A stretch of DNA of 62,857 bases, the filler included, from Atractiella rhizophila (Eukaryota): assembly GCA_021432655.1 (NCBI GenBank). It is 17 parts of 16 records of this genome, joined end to end, with 100 filler letters (N's around TTAATTAATTAA, not from the genome) between each part and the next. Parts side by side here need not be neighbours in the genome. Positions count along the whole stretch, not along the records: positions 1 to 4,357 come from MU272466.1; positions 4,458 to 8,773 come from MU272468.1; positions 8,874 to 13,182 come from MU272469.1; 14 more parts are not named here. One strand, written 5' to 3'. The translations under genes and the position numbers were made by a program. The stretch's first letter is position 1. Every line of letters begins with the position of its first letter. This document shows positions 1 to 9,840 of the stretch, piece by piece. The notes below the pieces were generated by a model. It ran no database searches and was not told where the DNA came from. It saw only the letters and a list, made by a program, of their open reading frames with translations.

Positions 1-516
1 TCATGAGCATCAGAGGCTGCTCAGTGCTGGAGAAGAAGATGTCCTTGTCAGCTGGCTTTGATGGGTTGGTGATTCTGGCCTACCTGTTCACCAGAGAGGC
101 TTGAACTTAGTGGTCAAGATGATTATTGGAAGAGTACCAGCGAAGAAGTGGTGTCACAGTTTCATAAAACGGAAGAAAGTCGAAATCAAAACATTCAGAG
201 TAAATCCCTTGGATCCCATTTGCATTTCCCGCAAATCGGCGCCTGTCACCCGTTTGCATTCTACGCCTCTCTGCATCTCCCGTCACCACTCTGAGTAGTG
301 TAAATAGGTGCCCGGTCGCCTGTTCGCCCATTTGTGCCCACATCATCACTTAGCCCAATGGTGTCTGTTCTCCTCTTATTAACTCCGCGTAATCCCACTG
401 GCACTTGTCTTTTACATGTTTCATCTGCTCCCCTCTGCACTCTGTGGCAGCGTTATCCGCTTGTATATAGATTGGAGAGTAGTGGAGGTGACCTTAGAGT
501 ATTCTCTTAGGTTTAT

Positions 517-617
517 CTCCACTACAGGTTAGTCTTCATGTCATATTATGCTCTTGGGTTTATCTCCACTACAGACGCATCGCCTGTCAGTGACCCCACA
601 TAGTGTCTGCCCTAACA
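517..617 (-). mobile_element. 5' end of a probable LTR (starts TGTTAG), abutting a Helitron helicase remnant
   Basis: Reverse complement of 517-617 aligns over 101 nt with 30624-30724. Both copies start TGTTA and homology stops at the TG. The element probably extends further left; the second copy is cut by a contig end. Confidence 0.6.
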
Positions 618-1436
618 TACTTTCAGGAGTGCATGGTCCTTACAGCCAGATATATCAATGTTGACCTAATAAATGATCAGCTTATTCAGGACTTTGTCTC
701 CCAGCAGGAGCGAGTCTATCTCAGTGCTCAATTGGATGACAGTGAGAACATTCAACAAGGATTTATAGTTGAGTACCTCAGCACTCTCAACATAGCGGGA
801 CTTCCTCTCCATCGGCTTCATCTCAAAGTTGGAGCCCCTATCATCCTGTTATGAAACCTCAATTCTTCAGCTTGGCTCTGTAATTGGTACATGGTTGATG
901 GTCACCCAGCTGCTTTCTTGCGTTATTGAGGCTACAATCATCACAGGAGCATTTGCGGGTACCTCAGTCCTCATCCCACGTATTCCTTTGGATAGCAAGG
1001 TCTCCAATTTCATTTCCATTCACCTTACACCGTTTTCAATTCCCCATCAAGTTGGCTTTCTGCCTCACCATCAAGTTACAGGGACAGTCGGTGGAAACTG
1101 TGGGATTGTATTTGGACACACCAGTTTTATACATGGACAACTTTATATAGGACTTTCTAGAGTTTCGAACATAAAGAAGCTTTGAGGTTATTTACACCAA
1201 GTGTAAGGGATAGAGAATAAGAGGACAGAAAATATAGTGTACAGAGAAGTTTTGAATTTTCACACTTGGATGCATGTGGACCTATAATGAAATCATATAG
1301 ATTCATACCAAAACCCATGTGTATATAGTGAGTCAGTGCTTGCCTTTGGCGAGCACCCCATGCAGTGGCTGCCGGAGGCTGGGGTCCCAGGGGCGAAACC
1401 CCTGGCGGGGGATGCCCAGAGGCACTGACACACTTG
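618..1436 (+). mobile_element. Helitron 3' portion: decayed Pif1-type helicase C-terminus plus 3' terminus
   Basis: Motifs EYLSTLNIAGLPLHRLHLKVGAPIILL*NL, VLIPRIPL, RFQFPIKLAFCLTI, QGQSVETVGLYLDTPV and HGQLYIGLSRV, with stops and frameshifts. Followed by a GC hairpin and CTTG|T. Confidence 0.9.
1387..1436 (+). repeat. Helitron 3' subterminal hairpin and CTTG terminus
   Basis: Perfect 7-bp stem CCAGGGG-CGAAA-CCCCTGG (1387-1405), then GCACTGACACACTTG|T. A matching end (GCTGATACACTTG|T) occurs on the minus strand at 46558. Confidence 0.7.
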
Positions 1437-1479
1437 TTAGAAACAATAACAGAGTGGCTGGCAGTATGCAGTGATACTC

Positions 1480-2261
1480 TCATAGCATCCAAACCAACCA
1501 ACATTGCCGTAATTTGGAACATACTGGGATATTAGAGATAAGAGCCAGGTCAAAGATAAGCTCTTGGACCATACATAGAAAGCCAGGCTTGGGCTTCTCT
1601 TCCGACACATCTTCAAAGTGGAAAAACAGCGCGACGTTGAACGCAGCGTTTTCTTCAATGGCCGACATCTTCAAATGAAAACGTAAGAGACCTTCCACAG
1701 TGTTACAACTGTTTCCAGTTAGGCCACTTTGGTAAAATTTGCCACAGGATTGATAGGCCGGTTTGCAGAGCCTGTTCCGAAGAACAGGACAGGCAACATG
1801 TGATAAAAACCTTAGATGCTCTGTGCAAGACGGAGTTAATTCTATTCCGGGTAGTGACAACCTAACTGCTTCACATGGCACTCCTTGCTCGAACATTAGA
1901 GTGAATATACGCTGTGCGTATTGTGGAGACAAGTGCTTAAAGTGCTTGTGGAGGTGACAAATGTGCTGGAAAAGCAGGAGACCGTACGAAGGCTACACAG
2001 CAAATTGCCTTTGGTGTCCAGGAAATTCAAAATCTGTGGGAGTCCAAGAGATGCCACCAGCAATTCCAAAAACGAGTCTGTAGGTGCTCGGAAGATGTTC
2101 CCAGAATTTGATACGTACATTGAATCCTCCGATGACTCGAAATAAATGTGAACTGCCGAAGCCATGATCAAATCCACAGTGTACTCAGAAAGTGAATCCC
2201 AACAGCATGCACCACAAAGTGCCTTTATTGTTGCAGAAATCCTGATTCTAACGAGGTTCAA
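1480..2261 (-). pseudogene. Fragmented ORF of unknown function, possibly an accessory gene of the adjacent DNA transposon
   Basis: Overlapping minus-strand ORFs 1896-2261 and 1480-1932 look like one frameshifted gene downstream of the CMC-like transposase. No recognisable motif. Confidence 0.3.
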
Positions 2262-2999
2262 AAGAAAGCCTCAATGACTCTCAAAACGAGTTTGGGGTTA
2301 CAAGAAGTAGACTCTCGGTTTCGATGCACTAATTTCAGTACTTCCAGGGCTCAAATAAAATGCAAAACGCGGAAATTGTGATTGAATTTCCCAAAAACTC
2401 ATGAAACAGGCCAAGGCAACAGTGTTGCAGACAAATCACACATGCACATCCAGAAGGAGAGCGCGAGTGGCTTGTGACCAATGACTCATGTGGTTCACAC
2501 TTGTGAATGCACCTCGCTTTTCTTGCCCTCCCAAGCTGGCTGCCACAAGTAGAATGATGAAACATAGTTCATTGCTCAATCCACCACCATACCCTCCAGA
2601 TCTGCTGGTAATTGTACTCTCTTGCTTCCTTACACATCCACATCTTCTCGCTTCTCCGCTTCATGTGCACGTTCATGTGCCAGCTTTTCTGTCAGCTGGA
2701 GCATGTAAAAGGACCGGAAAATTTCTATGTGAGGTGTTCATCTTCTTAGAATACAAAGAGAGACTGACTTTGAGCTTCCCCTTTGGTGCAGCCACTCTGT
2801 AAAGTGTGAGGATAGCACGGAGTTGGGCGATAGTAGGAGTACTGCAGTCAAATCCTGGGTTTGTGTAGCTGAGATATCAATGCTGTCCACAAGGATATTC
2901 TGTGATCTCCCTTGAAGCGAGCGCATTTTCTGCTTCCATGAGTTTGTTATAGCAAGCCAGAGCTTTGTCAACAACCTCTAAGCGACTTTCGAAAAGGAA

Positions 3000-4357
3000 A
3001 GCGACACAATATGAGTCTTTGAACCCGCTGTTGCGGAAGGCACAGGTGTTCAGGATCCAAAAATCTTTTGTTGTGCCATGTTTATTCTCAATAATAGCTT
3101 TAGTTTTTCTTCTTTGGACTGCAGCCGTTCTTGACGGACCACGGATTCTCCAGTCGTACCACAGGGTGCCGTGATCACATTTAATGGCAAATGAAATGGT
3201 TTGGCTGATGTTGGTGCAAGAGCTGGCATGTAGAAGCGTAGGTACATAGCATCGACTGCATAAGGAAGTGCAAGGATAGAGAGTCTTGACTTGGATCCAT
3301 CTGGTGTTTGCTGCTCCAGTCGCAATATCTCAACAACCTTTGTAACCATTGGAAACCCTTGAGAATCCATGGCCGTAGCTAGAACCCAGGACCCAGCATG
3401 AATAGGCTCGTCTTTATTAACGATTACTGACGAGACAATTTGATGAGAGAAATGAAGAAATGAACTTCCGTTGCCACTGAGGGTAGTATCAAGAAGTATA
3501 CTTGACGGAATGTGTGCCAACTCAGTGTCTTCATCGCTAACTGTTTGTTTTGCGGAGCAATCTTGATTTCACCAGTACGGTCTCTAGGCTCCAGCACTTC
3601 CATGTTAATAGCCAGCCCGAGAAGAAGTTGAACCTTTGGATTTTGAAATATTGTTCGTACATCCTTCCCCGCTTGAACCCACTTCCCAGTCATCTTGTCC
3701 TTCCAAAATCCTCCACTGAAAATATGTTGGACTTGGCTATAAGAAGCAAAAGACGGTGTAATATCAAGGCTAGGAGCCTGTCGATTAGAATGGATAGACA
3801 TTCCACGAATGACTCCATGATAACTCTCAAACTTCTCTGTTCCGAAGCTTGTGGCTGGTCCAAATCGTTGCACATGGGTAGGAAAATGAAGTAGAAGATG
3901 GAATTTGCGTTTGTTAAACCATTGGAGAGACAGGAGGGCAGTTTTGTTTAGAAGTTCATGGCAATACTGACCTATGTCAGAAATCGATGGACGCTATACT
4001 AGCCGACACAAGCAACCCAAAGCAACCCAAGCATCCAGTTGAAGGTGTAAAACAAGACAAGATCATGAAGCGTAAAAATAGCAAGTTGAGCTATTATACG
4101 GAAGTCTGTGCCAACCAAGCTCTGAGCATATAGACCAGAGTTTCTCCTCATGGAGAGGAACATCCAGGTCCTTTCGGGTCAGCAGCAGAGAGTCTCTCAG
4201 CAACAAGAGTTTTCTGGCCTTCGGATAACCCATTAATACTCTCTCGCCAGAAATACTTGACGAAGCCAAGCAAAATACCATGAAGAATCTCGAAAGGGGT
4301 ATCTTGATGACAATCAAAAGCATGCAGGTCAAACAAGGGATTGTAGTGCCATTTTCT
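3000..4357 (-). mobile_element. Decayed basidiomycete CMC/EnSpm-like DNA transposase, C-terminal half
   Basis: Motifs DCHQDTPFEILHGILLGFVKYFW, RFGPATSFGTEKFESYHGVIRGMSIHSNRQAPSLDI and VVRQERL, typical of a widespread basidiomycete transposase family. Broken by frameshifts. Confidence 0.7.
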
Positions 4358-4457
4358 NNNNNNNNNNNNNNNNNNNNNNNNNNNNNNNNNNNNNNNNNNN
4401 NTTAATTAATTAANNNNNNNNNNNNNNNNNNNNNNNNNNNNNNNNNNNNNNNNNNNN
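4358..4457. other. Artificial contig linker (first of 16)
   Basis: 44 N + TTAATTAATTAA + 44 N. Identical linkers start at 8774, 13183, 17590, 21993, 26363, 30725, 35079, 36967, 41288, 45592, 49882, 54166, 58429, 60542 and 61682. Confidence 0.99.
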
Positions 4458-4470
4458 TGTTGTTACCAAT

Positions 4471-7400
4471 ATGGGTGCGTCCTCCTTCAGCGAGGTGGGT
4501 TTGTGTTCATGTCTTCGCTGTCCTTTCAGGAGTTCCAAAGGTGAGTCGCTGTTCACAGAAGGCAGCATTGTTCTCATGAAACTACGCACAAGTTCTTTCG
4601 CTTTATGTCGTACGTATTCGAGTTTCCCGATCAAGTTAGGTTAGATCGGACAGTGGTGTGCTGGGGCTTATAGGGAGAGGTACCCTTTAATATCGCAACT
4701 TATTCAAGATGACAAGATTCCGGAATTCGACAATCTCTACCTTGATATGAATGGCATCATCCACAACTGTTCCCACGATGACGGACCTTCTCACATACCA
4801 GAACATCAAATCTTTCTTTCAATCTTTGCATATATCGAGCATTTGTTCACAAAGATCAAGCCCAAGAAGTTGTTCTTTATGGCTGTCGATGGAGTGGCAC
4901 CGAGAGCGAAAATGAATCAACAGAGGAGTCGGAGGTTTAGGACGGCTAAGGAGGCAGAGAAGCAGCAAAGGGAGGCAGACAGGAAAGGAGCAGTGAAGAA
5001 AGGAGATCCATTTGACTCCAACTGTATTACGCCAGGTAAACCATGGTTTGATGAACTTGGCTGGCGAAAGCTGAGTCTTCTTCAGGGACCCCGTTCATGG
5101 CGCGCTTATCTTCCAGTTTGAAATACTTCATTCACAAGAAAGTCACAGAGGATTCAGCATGGAGAGAGGTGACGGTTATTCTCTCGGGACATGAGGCGAG
5201 CTAGTCCCAGCTGCTTCTACATTGCTGACTCGGTGGCTAGGTTCCCGGAGAGGGGGAGCACAAGATCATGGAATACATCCGTTTGGCGAAGGCACAACCA
5301 GATTACAATCCCAACGTCCGCCACTGCCTTTATGGTCTAGATGCCGACTTGATCATGCTGGGATTGCTCAGCCACGATCCACACTTTTGTTTATTAAGAG
5401 AAGAGGTATTGTTTGGTAGGGACCGCAATCGCAAGCCTAAAGGGTACATTTGTTCCACGAATCTGGTGCGGTATTGATGATTTAGCATAGGCTAGAAGCT
5501 CAAAATTTTTTTCTACTTCATCTATCATTGTTTCGCGAGTACCTAGATTTGGAATTTTCGTCTCTGTCATCCGAACCGGATCTACCTTTCGATTACGATT
5601 TAGAAAGGGTTATCGATGACTTTGTCTTGTTGGCTATTTTCGTGGGGAACGATTTCTTGCCACATTTACCTGGCCTACATATCAATGAAGGAGCTCTGAA
5701 TCGCATCTTTCAAGCGTACAAAAAGATTTTACCAAAAGCGGGTTCGTTTTTCAGGTCTCTTTCGGTCCAAGGAAAGGAAAAGTAATGCGTCCTGGCAGGA
5801 GGATACCTGAATGAGCATGGAAAGCTCAACACGAAAAGGTTGCAGCTATTTCTGGAAGAAATGGCAATGTATGAGAAGGAGATGTTCGAGCAGGAGTTTG
5901 CGGATTCGAATTGGTTTAAGGGAAAGCAAAGCAAATATATCGAAGCGATGGAGAAGGCACGTGCGAGGAACAAGCTAGGTCTGTCTTGCTTCCATCTCTC
6001 ATGCATCGGTTATACAGGACTCATTGTCAGAGTTACAGTGTTGACCAAGGAGCAAAAGCGGCTGTTCACCCAAATCAAGAAGTTTGTGTTGGACAACATC
6101 TCGACAAACCCAACAGAAACGATTTCTTTCCCAAACAGTTTTCCCGCACGAGATCGGCGCTTCCTTCAAGAGCTTGCGGATGAGTTACGTCTCACGATCG
6201 CTTTCGACGACTACGACGATTACGGTCAAAATGTCGTGAAACTTGGGTTTGATCCGGAGATGTTATCTCTAGCGAGAGAAGAGGCGGATATTAGTAAATT
6301 GGAGAATGATGAAGGGACGAATGGGGAGTGGGAAGACCTACAGGATGGTGGTTCAGAAGAATGGGAGTGGAAAGAAGCGATCGAGAGAGTCTTCAAGAAG
6401 TATGATAAGGCTGAGGTGGCGAGAGATATGTCAGAGGGAGATATTGAGGAAAGTTACGAGCAAAGGTTGGAAGAGAAAATGAATAGTTGGAAGAGGGACT
6501 ATTACAGGGTAAGGAGACTCCGTGGTGTCTCAACCGGGCACGACTAATCCACTGCTCAGGGGAAATTAGAAATCGATTTTGACAACAAGGAGGAGCTCGG
6601 AAAGTTGACATACACCTTCGTCGAAGGTCTTCAGTGGGTTCTGCATTATTACTATGACGGAATTGCATCATGGCCATGGTTCTACCACTACCATTATGCT
6701 CCAAAGATCACAGGTTAGTGGCCCTTGTCAACTGCACATTTCATGACGTTGTGATCTAGATCTAACGGGTGTTGGAGAATACTCCTTCAAGTTCGACCTC
6801 GGGAAGCCCTTCAAACCTTTCGAACAGTTGATGGGTGTCTTGCCCAGTCTGAGTAAAGCCCTCGTTCCCGAGCCATATCGGGTACGTACTAAAGCGCTGT
6901 TTACCCAAGATGCCCATGTTGCGTCTGGTAGGAACTGATGACGAACTCGGAGTCTCCAATCATCGATTTTTACCCCTTGGATTTCGAACAGGATATGAAT
7001 GGGAAGAAGCAAGATTGGGAGGCGGTCGTAAAGGTTCCCTTCATTGAGGAAAGTAGACTCTTGAAAGCAATGAACAGTAACTATTTTATTTTGGCCAAAG
7101 CGAAACGCTAATCACGGCTTGCAGTGAAGGAGCCTTTGCTTACGGACGAAGAGCGTGCAAGAAATAGCTTCGGAGACAGTTGGTCTTTTCGATACGATAC
7201 AACTGCGACCTTCTACCCTTCGTCGCTACCGAACTTCTTCCCCGACATGCCAAATACTCACTGCAAGATGGAGCCATATCACCTTCCCACCCTTGATGGT
7301 TTACGGCTCGTCAAAGGACTCTGTGAAGGTGCTCTGTTGGGAAAAGATGCCATTGCGGGATTTCCCTCACTTAACACCATTTCTCACGGCGGCCAGCTTG

Positions 7401-8773
7401 GCTTTCACGGAGTCAACATTTTCCAATCGGAAAGCAAGAATGAGACGATGGTTATCACGCTTGAAAATGGGTATGATCGACTTAAGGTTGAAGAGGTAGC
7501 TCGTGCCCTACTCGGCAAGCGCATATATGTCGGGTGGCCTTATCTCCAAGAGGCAAGAGTGTCAAAAGTGACGGACGAGCTTTTTACTTACAATTTCGAC
7601 GATGCCGGGAGAGTTGAAGGCAGACCTCAAGGTACTGAAGCTCTTGTCTCATTCAGGAAGTTGTCGGAGCGGTTGGAGCACGTTTACTCGAAGCGGATGG
7701 GTACTATAATTGGGAATGTGGAAGTTATCCTACAGGTCCAGTTGTTGAAAGGTATGCACTTTTGCGCTGCACGGAACCTCCATTCATGATGCGCAACAGG
7801 TATGAAGCGGTTGGAAGACGGGTCGTTGGTTAAGGATTACGAGGAGAAAGAGGTCGAATACGCTCTTCAAACAACGTGTGAGAACGTCTCGTCTGAAGAC
7901 CCTCGTTTCATGGTCCGTTCTGTCCCCAGTCCACTGTCCATCCTGATGTTGTAATTAGGAAAAAGCTGCTGCTCCTATCGAACAAGAATATCCAGAAGGA
8001 TGTCGCGTTTTCTTCCTGGGCGGCAACGCTTATGGTGTCCCATCGCAAGTGTTAGGACATCATAACAATACTCTTGCAGTTCGGATAGCTGTACGCCATT
8101 CACGTTTGCATGCTTTCCGTTCCTCTTTGAACATAGCTTGCAGTATTTTGTTCACGATCGCCAAGAGCACTTTCTCTTCAAATCTACGTTAGCAGGCACG
8201 AATTCGAAATCGCTCTACTTTCCCTCTCCCAATGTCGCCCGAGCAATAGGCATCAGCTCACTTGCACTCGCCAAAATCACGTCGACGCTTATGGTTATGG
8301 CGAAAGATGGGAAAACCAACATCGGACTGGGGCTAAAGTTCGAAGCGAAAGGACAAAAGGTTTTGGGATACACCAGGAAGGGGGAGATGGGTTGGGATTT
8401 TAGTCAAAAGGCGGTGGAACTGGTCGAGGAGTATAATGTGCGTTCTCCTGGTCGAAGGAGTCGTGGCATCGCACGCACTCTGCAGAACCTGACTTCGAGC
8501 TGATACCAGAAACTGTTCCCTGAGGTCGCTCGCGCCATCGATGCTCGACGGGGTAAGGTTTTACTTCTCCTTTTAATCCCTGTTCACAGCGGTCTTAGAT
8601 CCTACGACCCTCGCCCATTTCTTTCCTGGCGGAGACGGCGGCGGCCGATTACAAGAGATCCGTTCCTGGCTGAAGAAAAAGGGAGTGACGGATCTGGAAA
8701 GGGTGCCTCTTTATGCGGACCAACTGGATCCGGCGAGTAGTGCCGTTCGCCCCCAGGCCTTTCTTTTGCTGAC
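4471..8773 (+). CDS. XRN1: 5'-3' exoribonuclease 1 (multi-exon, 3' end cut by contig end)
   Basis: Spliced N-terminus MGVPKFFRFMSERYP...[18 protein letters not shown], then [46 protein letters not shown] and GNDFLPHLP. The downstream [14 protein letters not shown] and [11 protein letters not shown] segments indicate Xrn1 rather than Rat1. Confidence 0.96.
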
Positions 8774-8873
8774 NNNNNNNNNNNNNNNNNNNNNNNNNNN
8801 NNNNNNNNNNNNNNNNNTTAATTAATTAANNNNNNNNNNNNNNNNNNNNNNNNNNNNNNNNNNNNNNNNNNNN

Positions 8874-9344
8874 TGTTGCTGTCGCCCTAAGCCAGAGGCA
8901 GACGATCCAGAACTCGTCAAGAAGCAAGAAGAGACCACCAACCTTCTCGCCGTCCCCCAGGCTTCTCCCGCTTCCGTATCCGAGAAGGCTCCTGCCACAC
9001 CTGCAGCAACACCAGCTGCCGCTGTCGAAGAAAAGAAAGGCTGGTTCGGCCGCTCGACCTCATCTGCTGACAAGACGGCGGAGAAGAAGCAAGAGGTAAA
9101 GGAGGGAGAGAAGAAGGGATGGTTCCGCTCTAGTTCTAATTCGGGCGAGAAGAAGGTCGAGGAGAAGAAAGAGGTGGCTTCACCGAAAGAGGAGAAGAAG
9201 GGCTGGTTCAGCTTCTCGAGTGCAACACCTACCCCTACTCCCGCTCCGACTCCAGTCGTTGAGAAGAAGGAAGGTTTATGGAGGCGGATAAGCTCCAAGA
9301 AGGCATCAACTGAAGCTGCTCCTGCTGTCACTGCTGCCGCTTGA
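8874..9344 (+). CDS. C-terminal part of a low-complexity protein with a CCC cluster and repeated EKKGWF motifs (5' truncated)
   Basis: Frame is open from the contig start: CCCRPKPEADDPELVKK...EEKKGWFGRS...EKKGWFRS...EEKKGWFSF...EKKEGLWRR...AAA*. Absent from the ORF track because it has no start codon. Confidence 0.75.
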   Translation, partial: CCCRPKPEADDPELVKKQEETTNLLAVPQASPASVSEKAPATPAATPAAAVEEKKGWFGRSTSSADKTAEKKQEVKEGEKKGWFRSSSNSGEKKVEEKKEVASPKEEKKGWFSFSSATPTPTPAPTPVVEKKEGLWRRISSKKASTEAAPAVTAAA

Positions 9345-9840
9345 GCCTGGTCTATCACTTCTCGTATCTGTGTTTACATGAGCCGAAGGACTATACTCGT
9401 TTGTGTTTCTTGATTGCGCTTTGGAGAGAGATTGGTTTTGGTTCCTTTTATGACCCGGATGATAACGACTGTAACGACCTTGATGACCCGGACGAATACT
9501 CTATAGCTGCTTAATTCGCATTCTTTTCATAGTATCATGAGGAGGACCCGAAAGTTAAATGTACCCTGACAGCATAAGGATCGTGATGCATGGTATTTCG
9601 ATCAGTTCTTGTTCTTGGTCGAACCAACACGTGCCTCTTGTCTACGTTTGTGCAACTAGGTTTTCTACACCAATGAACCAATCCCTGGCTCGCACATTCT
9701 GACCTTTCTCGATAAAATGGATCCCAACGGTACAGAACCTAACCGACACAAATCCTTCTCTCTCTATCCATGTCCCCATTTGAACTTGAACCGGAAAAAA
9801 CGGATACAAACGCAAGAGCGGGATTGTGATTGGGAGACGG

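Noticed and set aside
4402..4413. Regularly spaced TTAATTAATTAA palindromes as a CRISPR-like or biological repeat
   Set aside because: Always embedded in 44 N on each side; a synthetic six-frame stop spacer.
8822..9358. 178-aa minus-strand ORF with PFFSS repeats
   Set aside because: Antisense shadow of the EKKGWF-repeat gene.
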